Shown in pieces: positions 25,825 through 35,552 of a stretch of 64,000 nucleotides of DNA. The notes under the pieces were generated by a model that was given only the letters and a program-made list of their open reading frames with translations, did not search any database and was not told the origin of the DNA. Location: positions 1 through 64,000 of the IMG/VR virus record IMGVR_UViG_2690315872_000001; one strand, written 5' to 3'. Within the stretch, counting starts at the first letter, position 1, and each line of letters opens with the position of its first letter. A program made the translations under genes and the position numbers. The DNA comes from a virus (Duplodnaviria; Caudoviricetes).

Positions 25825-28800
25825 ATGTCCACTCGCGTCGGTGCCGCGCACCTCGACCTGACCGTCCTCACCGCCCCCGCCCGGCGCGAACTGACCGCGT
25901 TTGCAGCCAATGCCCGCGCGCTGCTCACCGGCCTGTCCCGCCCCGTCAAGATCGAGGTGAAGGCCGACGCGGCCCAGGTGCGCACCCAGGTGGACGCCGT
26001 GAAGGCCGAGTTCACGAACCTCCAGAACAGCCTGAAGAACGTCCTGAAGGTCGACGTGAGTGCCCTGAAGAGCGTGATCAGCAAGATCGGTAAGCAGATC
26101 ACGGACCTGACGGCTCTGGAGACGAAACTCCGCGCCCTGGGGAATGGCGGTAGTGGGGGCGGTGGTACGGGGGCCGGTGGCGGCAGTCCCGGTGTCAACA
26201 ACCAGTACGCCGCGCAGCTGCGAGGCCTGCAGGCCGATCTGAAGAACAGCGCCCTGAGTACCGCGCAGTTCGAACTGGCCACCCGCAACCTCAAGACCAC
26301 CATCGACAGTGAAATCGCGTCCCTGCGCGCCGCCGGTCCGCTCACGCAGGCCCAGCAGGCCCGTCTGGACGCCCTGCGCGTCAGTAGCGCCCAGGCCGGA
26401 ACGGCCCTCAAGGGTCTCGCCGACCAGCAGGCCCGCGCGACCCGTGAAGCTGCCAGGGGTGCCGAGCGCACCCAGGTGGACGGCGTGCGTCGCCTCGCCA
26501 CGGAACTCCAGAACGCCCAGAGCCGCTACGACCGGGGCGCGCTGAGTCTGCGCGGGTACCTGCGGGAGATGCAGCGCATCCAGGCGGCCGGCAGCGGCAT
26601 GGCGTCCGGCCTGACCGCCGGGAGTCGCGCCGCGACGGACCTGGAACGCGTGATGGGTGGCCTCAACCGCGCCACGCGCGGATTGAATGATGCTTCCATA
26701 ACCAAGATTCGGACCGACCTCGCTGCGGCCAGGGCGGAGTTCGAGCGGGCTACGGCGGCGGCGGGAAGGTTTGGCGACAAGCGCGCTGCCATCCAGGCGT
26801 ACGAGGCGAGCATGCGCAGCCTCGAAACGCGCATCCGAAGCGTTGGTGAACGGGCCACGATCACCGCCCGGCAGACTGGCGAACTGGGCCGCATCAGTAC
26901 GAACATCCGCAGCAGCCTGAACAGCCTGAACAGTAGTCCCAGTGGTGTAGGTCTCGCGGGTAGCATCATGGCAGCCCTTAAGCAGCTGCCGCAATTCGCT
27001 GCCGCCGCCGGGGGCAGCCTGGGTGCAGCAGCAGCGCAGGCAACCTCCCTGAGTGGGGGCCTCATGGCTGCTGGAGGCGCCGCAGCTAAGGTTAACCCCA
27101 TACTTGCGGCACTCGTTGCGGTTGTCGCTGGTCTCGTCGCAGTGCTGGCAAGCAGTATCGGGCCAGCCGCGCAGTTCCAGCAGACGCTGACCGACATCAA
27201 GGCCCTGACCCAGCCGACGACAGCCGAACTGGAGCGTCTACGTCAGGCCACATTCGACGTCGGAAAGCCCCTCGGGGTGGGCGCGCGTGACGCGGCCGCC
27301 GCCGTCCTGGAACTGAACAAGGCAGGCCTGTCCGCGAAGGACGCCGTGGGCGGTGGGCTGAAGGGCGCGCTGGATCTTGCTGGGGCTGCGGGAATTAGCG
27401 CGGCTGAGGGCGCCACCATCGCCGTGAGCGCCATGACCGCGTTCGGTCTGCAGGCGCAGCAACTGCCGGGCGTCGCCGACGTGTTCGCCAACTTCGCGAA
27501 CAAAACATTCCTCGGAGCCCAGGACCTGTCCCAGGCGATTGCCGCCGTGGGTCCGGTCGCGCGGGACGCTGGGATCGGCCTCGAGCAGTTCGCCGGGCTG
27601 ATGGCCACCCTCGCGCAGGGCGGCTTCAAGAACATGAGTGACGCGGGCACGTCACTCAAGACCATGCTGCTGAGCCTCACGGCACCGAGCAGTGAGGCGG
27701 CGAAAGCGCTGAGGGCGGTCAATGTCAGCGCCTTCGACAGCAAGGGGCAGACACGACCCCTCAATGCCGTGCTTGCTGATCTGCGCGCCAAGCTTGTGCA
27801 GCTCACGCCTGAAGCTCAAAAGGGCGTCCTTAAACAAATTTTTGGTACCGACGCGATTCGGGCCGCGCAAATCCTGCTGCGTGAAGGGCCCCGCGCCATC
27901 AACGCCAATACCGAAGCGATGCGGAAACAGGGCGAAGCGGCCCGCGTCGCGAAGGAACGACTCGACTCCCTCCAGGGCGCCGGGAAGCAGTTCGGCGCGG
28001 CATTCGAACAGCTGAAAATTCAGATCGGCACGCCGTTCCTCGCGGCGCTGACTGGCATCGTACGGGGCGCCACTGGTGCCGTGAACGCCCTGACCAGCCT
28101 GAACGACCAGGCTGCCAAGGGGCAGGGGCCGCTGGCCGGACTGCGTGACCTCGCGCAGGCCCTCGGCAGCACTTTCGGCAGCGTGTTCGCGGGCATTGCG
28201 GCCCTGTGGAATTCGCTCCTCGCGCCGGTCTTCCGGGCGCTGGGTGCGGTGGTCGGCGTGGTCCTCCAGGGGATCGTCACCGGCCTGACCGCGTTCTTCA
28301 ACCTCGCTAGCGCTGTGTTCCAGGGAGTCGGGACGGCCATCCAGGCACTGCTGGGCGTGTTCGGTACGAGCGGAGCGGGCATCCAGTCCAGCGCCACCGG
28401 CATGGCCGAGACAGTCGTGCAGGGCAGCGCCATCATGCGCGCCGCGCTCGTCGCGCTGGGCCGCTTCACCGCCACGCTTCCCGAAGTGTTCAAGCTCGCC
28501 GGGACGGGCATCGGGACAGTCCTAGGCGGCGTGACCCGTGTCATGCAGGGCTTCGGGCAGGGCGTCCGCGCCGTGTTCGTCGCTGCTGGCGGGTACGTGG
28601 GTGCTTTCGCCTCTGCCGTTGGGCGGAATGTCCAGGGCATCGGACTCATCCTGAAAGGCCTCACTGGAATCTTCGGCGCGCTCCTCCTGGCCGTCCGGAA
28701 CGCGTTCGTCGAGAAGGCCGGAGTGGTCCTTGCAGCGGGCGTACGCCTGTACGGGCAGTTCACAGACGGTGTCGCTAACGTCCTCCAGCAGGGCGCGGCA

Positions 28801-31800
28801 TACTTCTTCCGGTACGTCGTGCAGCCCGTCCAGGCGGGCGCGGACTTCCTCCTGACCGCGTACAACCGCGTAAGCGGCATCGTCGCCGGGGCCGCCACCC
28901 GCATCGGTCAGGTGCTCGCCCCGATTGGGAGCGTCCTGAAAGCCCTGGGGCTGAGTATCGGCGACACGCTCGCCGGGGTCGCGAAAGCCGCTGTGGATAC
29001 GTCTGTGGGCATTGTGGACCGCTTCGCTGGATCGGCGCGCGCGGCATACGAGCGTGCCCAAGCGGCCGCTCAAGCTGCCGCGACCAGCACAGCCTCCAGC
29101 ACCGCCACTGGTGTCGCCAATGCCCTCACGGGCGCTAGCGGCGCCCTCGGCGATTTCGTGAAAGACAATGGTGCCGGTAGTGCCATGACGGCCGCGCTGG
29201 GTGACGTGCAGGCTGGATTCAAGGCGGTCAGTTCTTCCGGCCAGCAGCTTCAAAAGGACATTGCCGGTGTTACGGGCGTCCTCAAGAATGATCTGACTGG
29301 GGCAAGTGGGACGGCCGCCGCTGGACTCGGAGAGATCCGAACCGGCGCGCAGCTGACTGGTGCCGCCGTTGATCTTGTGAAGCGCAACGTGCAGGACGCC
29401 GTGCAGGGGTTCACGCAGGACGTGAAGACCCTGGGGCAGACGGCGAAAGCTACCGCTGCGGCCGTGGGCACAATCAAACCGCCCGCTGTGATGCCGACGG
29501 GCACCAAGACGCTGGATGACATCGGACTTGGTGACGATAAAGGTGGCAAGAAAGGTGGCGCGAAGGGCGCCAAGGGCAACTCGAAAGTCACCGCTGCTGA
29601 CCTGAATGCCATGGACGAGTACAAACGGCGTCTCGATGGGATGACCCTCGCGGAACTTCGCAACGAGAAGGCCCTTCAGACTCGTCTGGGTAACACCAAG
29701 AAGCTCGCTGCTGTTCTCGCCGAGATCAAGCAGAAGGAGGCTGAGGCGACGCGTCAAGTGCAGTTGAGCGGCGCGGCTCTGACGAAGTACAAGGAGGCGT
29801 TGCGAGCGAAGAGCGCCGAGCAGCTCAAGGCGCTTGAAGCGGATGCGCGCGCTAAGAACCTCGGGCCACAACTGAACGCCATCCTGGCTGAGCAGAAGCG
29901 GCGTACTGAGGCGAAAGCGGCTGCTGATCGGAAGGCCTCACAGGAGGCCCAGAAGCACGCCACCGTCGCGGCCAACCTGCGGCGGGAAGTCGGGCAGCTC
30001 AACGACCGCTTCAAGCTCCAGGTGCAGCAGGGCAAAGTTACCGCTGAGAGCCTGCTGGCCTATCGTCAGGCGCTGGCTGACGCGAAGGCCAAAGTCGACC
30101 AGTTGCCGCCCGCTTTACGGGCCAGCGTGACCGCCCTGGTGACGCAAGGTCAAACCCTGGCCGCTCAAGGCCAGACGCTCGTCAACCACCGCAGCGAAGT
30201 TGAGAAGCTCCGAGCGGAAGTTGATAAGTGGACCCTGGCTGCGCTGGAGAACGCCCGCGCCCGGGTCATGGCCAACGGCGGCGACAAAGACAAGCTGGCG
30301 CTGCTGGACGCCGAGATTGCCAAGCGTAAACAGCTCAGTGACGCTCAGGCCGCGCAAGTCCTGACCGAAAGCCAACTCTCCCAGGCGACTGCCAACCAGG
30401 AAGGCGCGGAAGGCGAGTACGAGAATCGAAAGGCCGCAGCTAAGGGCAACCTGTCGGAACTGCTCGCCATCGAAATCCAACTCGGACAGAAGGTGCAGGC
30501 CGCTCGTGATAAGGCCGCACGGGCCGCAGCGGCGAATGAAGAGCGACAGATCCGGGAGAGGTACGGCAAGCTGCTTGGTCTTGAGGGGCTGACGGCTCAG
30601 CGACGGAAGGAACTGGAAAGCGCGCGTGACCGTGAGCTGACGGCCAATGGGACTCGTCTGACCAACGCCCTGGCGAAGAACGCGACGGACCGCGCCGTGG
30701 CGGAAGAGGACGCCCGCCGCAACCTGAACGCCACACTGGAAGGCCTGGACCGCGAAGTGGCGGGGCGTATCAGAGCGAACCTGCTCGCCGACCTCGAACA
30801 GCGCACCCGCGACGTCGAGGCGCAGCAGCAGGAGGAGCTGGACGCCGAGGGGCTCACCGAGGCGCAGAAGCTGGAGATCCGCAAGCGGTTCCAGCCACAG
30901 CTGCTTGCCGCCAAGCAATCCGAATTGGACCAGGTGCGCGCGATCGAGGAAGTTGGTGAGCAGGAACGGTACCGCGCGGCTCTTGCCGAGGCGGAGCAGC
31001 AGGGCATTCTCGATCAACGTCGTCTTCAGGCTGATGGGTCGTACCTCACGGTACGTCAACTGCTGGAGAAAGATCACCGCGCCGAAATGGACCGTATCGG
31101 TCGCGAGGCTCAGCGGTCGCTGCGTGACTACGAGCTGGAGGTTAAGCGTGATACCGGCAGGCAGATTGTCGCCGCCGACAAGGAGACCAGCGCTCAGCTG
31201 AAGGACGAGGCTGATGACCGCATTCAGGCACTGGAAGACAATCTTGACGACCAGAGTGCCGCGCAGCGCGCGGCAGCCCGGACGGTGCTCCAAGCGTGGC
31301 GGGTCACCTACGCTGCAATGGGTAAGAGCGGCGAGGAGGCCGTCAAACAGATCGACGCGGCGCTGAGGAAGCTCGACGCCATCTCAGTGAAAATTCGCCA
31401 GAATGCCGGAGCGCTCGTTGAAGATCCTGCCGCACTGCTGTCGTCTGGCGCGAAGGATGTCGCCGCTGTTGGTAAGCCGGATGATGCTGACAGCGCGCGG
31501 GCCAAGGCTGAATCTCAGTTCGATCAGTTGGCGGAGACCTACTCGGCCAAGCTTGCCGTACTGAAAGACGCCCTGGCGGCGTTTGCTGAGAAGAAGGACC
31601 AGGACCTCACTCCGAATGAGCGCCTAGTTCGTGATGGGCTGCTTGCCACCCAGGCGGCGTACACCACTCTGCTCAGCAACGTGAGAGCTGCGGCGGCCAA
31701 GGCCGGAGCGGATGCCGCTCAGGCCTTCACTCAGGCTCAGAAGGACCAGGCAGCCGAGAGCGCCCTGGCACTCGTCGAAGCCCAGCATGCCCTGGCGGAA

Positions 31801-33069
31801 GCGGAAGGTCGGGACGATGGACCGGCCTACAAAGCAGGCATCGCGGTGGCCCTGGCCTACTGGCGCGGCCGTCTGGCTGGACTGAAGGCGGCCGCGCAGG
31901 AAGGTACGCCCGAGTACCTGAACGTCCTGAAGACCATCACCGACCTGGAAGGGAAGATCGCGGCGACCGGCAACCCCGTCGGGGACCGCCTCAGCATGCT
32001 CGCCGGACTGATCGGGAAGGGCGGGAAACTCCAGGGCACCATCAGCGCCGGACTGGACGGACTGGCCGCGTACCTGAAGAACGGAGGTGGCAAGGGCGGC
32101 CTGATCGCCGGGGCGCAGGCCCTGGTCAGCGGACTCGCCGGAGTGTTCAAGACCGGAGACGAGGACATCGATAAGGTCATCGACACGTTCGTCAGTGGTG
32201 TGCAGGCCACGCTGGGCGCCCTCGCGAAGGGCGACTGGATCGGCGCGCTCATCGCCGGGGTGACCACGGTCGTCACCACCATCATCGACATCTTCACCGG
32301 CGGCGCGAACAGCGCCAAGAAAGCCGCGCAGCAGATCAGCGACGCCACGAAGGACGTGAAGTTCTTCGACCTCAGCAAGTACGCGAAGGTCGAGTCGCGC
32401 GGAGGGTTCTGGGGGTTCCTGGGCTTCAAGAAAGCCTCGATCGACCAGGAAGCCGTGGACATCGCCAAGAGTCTCGGCGACGCGCTGTACAGCGCCATCA
32501 GCGGCGCGATGCTCAAGGGCATCAAGGAAGGGAAACGGTCCTTCGGTGAACTCGGCCTGGACGTCCGCGAAGGCCTCGGCCAGCAGATCCTCCAGGGTCT
32601 GATCGACGGGTTCCTCAAGGGCGCGATCATGCAGGGCATCCTGCAGCCGTTCCTCGACAAGTACATCGCCGCCATGAAAAGCGGGAACGCCCAGGCGCTC
32701 GCGGAAGCCGCGAACGGCCTCCAGGGTGCCATCGCGCAGGGGAACAGCGCCCTCGCGCAGTTCTACGAGACCGTCCTCGTGCCCGCCGCCGAGCAGATGG
32801 GGCAGTTCGGCACGGACGGCCAGAGCGCCGGCGGGACCGGCAGCGCCGCCCTCGACCTCGGACTGGCCGCCGCGCCCGCCGCCGTGGCCGCCGCACCCGC
32901 GTACATGGTCGAGCACACGACTGCGCTGACGGAACTGACTCCCGTCCTCCGTGACGTCACGCGAGTCTTCGGACGCCTTGCCGATGACGGCCTGCACGTC
33001 GAGGCGGAAAGCACCGTCACCGTCAACGCACCCACCAGCGACCTGCGCGCATACGCCACCCGCTCCTGA
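25825..33069 (+). CDS. Tail tape measure protein (2414 aa) with a TP901-type core
   Basis: Very long Ala-rich helical ORF. Core motifs include AGTSLKTML and QIFGTDA. Confidence 0.95.
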   Translation: MSTRVGAAHLDLTVLTAPARRELTAFAANARALLTGLSRPVKIEVKADAAQVRTQVDAVKAEFTNLQNSLKNVLKVDVSALKSVISKIGKQITDLTALETKLRALGNGGSGGGGTGAGGGSPGVNNQYAAQLRGLQADLKNSALSTAQFELATRNLKTTIDSEIASLRAAGPLTQAQQARLDALRVSSAQAGTALKGLADQQARATREAARGAERTQVDGVRRLATELQNAQSRYDRGALSLRGYLREMQRIQAAGSGMASGLTAGSRAATDLERVMGGLNRATRGLNDASITKIRTDLAAARAEFERATAAAGRFGDKRAAIQAYEASMRSLETRIRSVGERATITARQTGELGRISTNIRSSLNSLNSSPSGVGLAGSIMAALKQLPQFAAAAGGSLGAAAAQATSLSGGLMAAGGAAAKVNPILAALVAVVAGLVAVLASSIGPAAQFQQTLTDIKALTQPTTAELERLRQATFDVGKPLGVGARDAAAAVLELNKAGLSAKDAVGGGLKGALDLAGAAGISAAEGATIAVSAMTAFGLQAQQLPGVADVFANFANKTFLGAQDLSQAIAAVGPVARDAGIGLEQFAGLMATLAQGGFKNMSDAGTSLKTMLLSLTAPSSEAAKALRAVNVSAFDSKGQTRPLNAVLADLRAKLVQLTPEAQKGVLKQIFGTDAIRAAQILLREGPRAINANTEAMRKQGEAARVAKERLDSLQGAGKQFGAAFEQLKIQIGTPFLAALTGIVRGATGAVNALTSLNDQAAKGQGPLAGLRDLAQALGSTFGSVFAGIAALWNSLLAPVFRALGAVVGVVLQGIVTGLTAFFNLASAVFQGVGTAIQALLGVFGTSGAGIQSSATGMAETVVQGSAIMRAALVALGRFTATLPEVFKLAGTGIGTVLGGVTRVMQGFGQGVRAVFVAAGGYVGAFASAVGRNVQGIGLILKGLTGIFGALLLAVRNAFVEKAGVVLAAGVRLYGQFTDGVANVLQQGAAYFFRYVVQPVQAGADFLLTAYNRVSGIVAGAATRIGQVLAPIGSVLKALGLSIGDTLAGVAKAAVDTSVGIVDRFAGSARAAYERAQAAAQAAATSTASSTATGVANALTGASGALGDFVKDNGAGSAMTAALGDVQAGFKAVSSSGQQLQKDIAGVTGVLKNDLTGASGTAAAGLGEIRTGAQLTGAAVDLVKRNVQDAVQGFTQDVKTLGQTAKATAAAVGTIKPPAVMPTGTKTLDDIGLGDDKGGKKGGAKGAKGNSKVTAADLNAMDEYKRRLDGMTLAELRNEKALQTRLGNTKKLAAVLAEIKQKEAEATRQVQLSGAALTKYKEALRAKSAEQLKALEADARAKNLGPQLNAILAEQKRRTEAKAAADRKASQEAQKHATVAANLRREVGQLNDRFKLQVQQGKVTAESLLAYRQALADAKAKVDQLPPALRASVTALVTQGQTLAAQGQTLVNHRSEVEKLRAEVDKWTLAALENARARVMANGGDKDKLALLDAEIAKRKQLSDAQAAQVLTESQLSQATANQEGAEGEYENRKAAAKGNLSELLAIEIQLGQKVQAARDKAARAAAANEERQIRERYGKLLGLEGLTAQRRKELESARDRELTANGTRLTNALAKNATDRAVAEEDARRNLNATLEGLDREVAGRIRANLLADLEQRTRDVEAQQQEELDAEGLTEAQKLEIRKRFQPQLLAAKQSELDQVRAIEEVGEQERYRAALAEAEQQGILDQRRLQADGSYLTVRQLLEKDHRAEMDRIGREAQRSLRDYELEVKRDTGRQIVAADKETSAQLKDEADDRIQALEDNLDDQSAAQRAAARTVLQAWRVTYAAMGKSGEEAVKQIDAALRKLDAISVKIRQNAGALVEDPAALLSSGAKDVAAVGKPDDADSARAKAESQFDQLAETYSAKLAVLKDALAAFAEKKDQDLTPNERLVRDGLLATQAAYTTLLSNVRAAAAKAGADAAQAFTQAQKDQAAESALALVEAQHALAEAEGRDDGPAYKAGIAVALAYWRGRLAGLKAAAQEGTPEYLNVLKTITDLEGKIAATGNPVGDRLSMLAGLIGKGGKLQGTISAGLDGLAAYLKNGGGKGGLIAGAQALVSGLAGVFKTGDEDIDKVIDTFVSGVQATLGALAKGDWIGALIAGVTTVVTTIIDIFTGGANSAKKAAQQISDATKDVKFFDLSKYAKVESRGGFWGFLGFKKASIDQEAVDIAKSLGDALYSAISGAMLKGIKEGKRSFGELGLDVREGLGQQILQGLIDGFLKGAIMQGILQPFLDKYIAAMKSGNAQALAEAANGLQGAIAQGNSALAQFYETVLVPAAEQMGQFGTDGQSAGGTGSAALDLGLAAAPAAVAAAPAYMVEHTTALTELTPVLRDVTRVFGRLADDGLHVEAESTVTVNAPTSDLRAYATRS

Positions 33070-33083
33070 ATCACGGAGGTGCC

Positions 33084-34784
33084 ATGACCTGGACCCTGGA
33101 TATCCTGAATCCGGACGGCTCCCCCCGCGCTGCCCGCTCCGACGCCGCTCCCAGCGGCGTCTGGGACGGGTTCGTGTGGAAATGGAGCCGGTACGGGGAC
33201 TGCCTCACCCTGAACTTCGACGCGGTCATGCCGGACCTTGGCGTCCGCAACCGCGACATTCTCGCCCTCGCCATCGACGGCGTGCCCGTCTTCAAAGGGC
33301 CCGTCGTGGAGGCGCCCCACCCGCGCGACCCCCGGCGCGGCACCGTGAACGCCATCGGGTGCAGCGCCCTGCTGTACCGCCGCGTGATCGGGCAGGACAG
33401 CTACCAGAACGTGGACGTCGCCGTGATCGTCCGGGACCTCATTCAGAAGTACCGGCACCCGGCCATCACGTACAACCCGGCGCTGATCCCGGACACCGGG
33501 AAGATCCTCACGTCCTTCCGGATGCCCTGGCGGCCGCTCGGGAAGGCGCTGGAACTGCTCGCCAAGACCGTCGCCGGGGAGAACGGCGTGCCGTTCGGGG
33601 TGCTGCCCAGCGGGGAGTTCTTCTTCGGGGCGGACCAGACGCCCAGCGTGCCCATCCCGTACAGCGCCGTGAGCGGCCTGAAATACCTGCGGGTCAGCGG
33701 GGACGAGGTGATCACCAGCAACTACATGGTGTTCCTCACGCGGCCCGCCGGAACGCCGTACAGCCGCGTCGAGCAGTACCGGAAGGTCACCACGCGCGAC
33801 AGTGGCGGCGCCGTGACTGACGTGCGTGAGGAGCCGCAGTACACGTACGTGCCCGCCACGTACATCTACCGCGCGGACGACCCGGACGCCGCGCTGTACG
33901 GCCTGGAAACCGCGACGCTCGTCCCGGGCGGCGCGGACATCTTCAGTCCGGTCCCGAACGCCAGCCTCACTGCGAACGGCACCAACCTCACCAACCCCGG
34001 GAACGTCCTCGACGGTGACACGGCCACGTTCGCCGCTCACGCGGACGGCGCGTACTTCAGTGAGTTCGTTCTGCAGCAGGCGGCAGGGCTGGCCGCACCA
34101 CAGATCACCGGCTTCCGCGCTCGCTACCGCCTGCAGGGCGGCACCGGCATCCCCGGGCTGCGCGTCACCATGTGGATCACGTACGACTTCCAGGTCGTCG
34201 AACCCCAACCGGGCGGCGGCAGCATCACCCGCGAGTACCGCACGCGCTTCTACTGGGACCTTCCCGACACCAGCGAGGGACCCATCGAGGTGGTCGGCGT
34301 GATGCCCCTCCCCGCCGACCTGCTTGGCATCGTCCACCCCGGCTCATTCACGCCCACCGACCCGACGTTCCTGAAGACGGAAATCTACGTGACCGTCCGC
34401 CAGTCCGAATCCGTGAACACACCCATCCCGGCCGACACGTTCCGCCTGTACGACATTCAACCGCTCGGCCTGGACTTCGAGAAGCTCGACACCATCGCCC
34501 GCAAGGCCCTCAGTCCGCCCGTGCAGGAACCCACCGAGTTCACCCTCCCGTACCTGCTGAGCGTCACGCCGACCGTCACCCTCACCGGCCTGCCCGGCGG
34601 GGATCAGACGGGCGACGTGGTCGAACTCGAAGGGCGGCACGACGGCAAGGCCCTGCGGAGCACCACCGTGAAACTCGAACAGCCCGGCGCGAGCGAAAGC
34701 GCCCGCATCATCCGCCTCGTCGCGAAGGAACGCGCCGCCGACGCGCAGGACGACCTGCGCGCGTTCCTGGAGGGACCCGTGTGA
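33084..34784 (+). CDS. Tail tip/baseplate hub-like protein
   Basis: 566 aa directly after the tape measure, GGAGGT RBS. Confidence 0.7.
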   Translation: MTWTLDILNPDGSPRAARSDAAPSGVWDGFVWKWSRYGDCLTLNFDAVMPDLGVRNRDILALAIDGVPVFKGPVVEAPHPRDPRRGTVNAIGCSALLYRRVIGQDSYQNVDVAVIVRDLIQKYRHPAITYNPALIPDTGKILTSFRMPWRPLGKALELLAKTVAGENGVPFGVLPSGEFFFGADQTPSVPIPYSAVSGLKYLRVSGDEVITSNYMVFLTRPAGTPYSRVEQYRKVTTRDSGGAVTDVREEPQYTYVPATYIYRADDPDAALYGLETATLVPGGADIFSPVPNASLTANGTNLTNPGNVLDGDTATFAAHADGAYFSEFVLQQAAGLAAPQITGFRARYRLQGGTGIPGLRVTMWITYDFQVVEPQPGGGSITREYRTRFYWDLPDTSEGPIEVVGVMPLPADLLGIVHPGSFTPTDPTFLKTEIYVTVRQSESVNTPIPADTFRLYDIQPLGLDFEKLDTIARKALSPPVQEPTEFTLPYLLSVTPTVTLTGLPGGDQTGDVVELEGRHDGKALRSTTVKLEQPGASESARIIRLVAKERAADAQDDLRAFLEGPV

Positions 34785-35206
34785 CCACGTACCCCATGAC
34801 CATCACCCTCAGCGTCGGGCAACCCCTCGTGTTCAACGTCGTCGAACCGCAACCCAGCGACATCGAGTACGCCGACGAGGTCGGCCGCGCCGTGGAGAGC
34901 GACCAGCAGCAGGTCAGCGGCGACGGGCAGCAGGAACCCCGCTGGCTGAAGTTCGACACGTGGATCACGACCGGCCCGCGCCCCAGCGACCGCGGCGCCG
35001 CGATCGGCACCCTGAAGGCCGCGCTGCGGTTCGCGGTCCGCGCCGAGATCGACGGACTCCGCTACGACATCACCCGCATCCGCCTCGTCGCGCACGCCCC
35101 CAGCGGCAACGGGTACCGCGTGAGCCTGCGCATGATCGGCCCCCGCCCCGACTTCTACTCCGTGGACGCCAATGGCGCGTTCGTCGCGTACGCCCCCCTC
35201 TGGTGA
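34781..35206 (+). CDS. Putative distal tail protein
   Basis: GTGA coupling, synteny. Confidence 0.55.
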   Translation: MTTYPMTITLSVGQPLVFNVVEPQPSDIEYADEVGRAVESDQQQVSGDGQQEPRWLKFDTWITTGPRPSDRGAAIGTLKAALRFAVRAEIDGLRYDITRIRLVAHAPSGNGYRVSLRMIGPRPDFYSVDANGAFVAYAPLW

Positions 35207-35216
35207 AAGGAAACTC

Positions 35217-35552
35217 ATGACTGCACCCCCCACAGACCGGGAGATCCTCCTGGCCCTGAACGACCGCATGAATACCCTGGAAACCGACGTCCGAGCCGCC
35301 ATCGCGCGGCTCGACGCGTTCCTGGCCGACCCACCCCCCGGGCCGCGCGGCCACCGGGGAGCCCAGGGCGCCACGGGTCCCGCCGGGCCAGCCGGACCTG
35401 CCCCTGACCTGACCGAGCTGAACGCCGCGCTGCAGGACGCCCAGGCGTTCCTTAACGGCGCGCAGGCGCAGATGACGAACCTCGTGAACGAAACCGAAGC
35501 CCGCGCCGAACGGGCCATCGCGTCCATGCGGATCCTGAAGGAGCCCCGATGA
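35217..35552 (+). CDS. Small protein with a short collagen-like (Gly-X-Y) stretch
   Basis: GPRGHRGAQGATGPAGPAGPA flanked by coiled coils. Confidence 0.7.
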   Translation: MTAPPTDREILLALNDRMNTLETDVRAAIARLDAFLADPPPGPRGHRGAQGATGPAGPAGPAPDLTELNAALQDAQAFLNGAQAQMTNLVNETEARAERAIASMRILKEPR

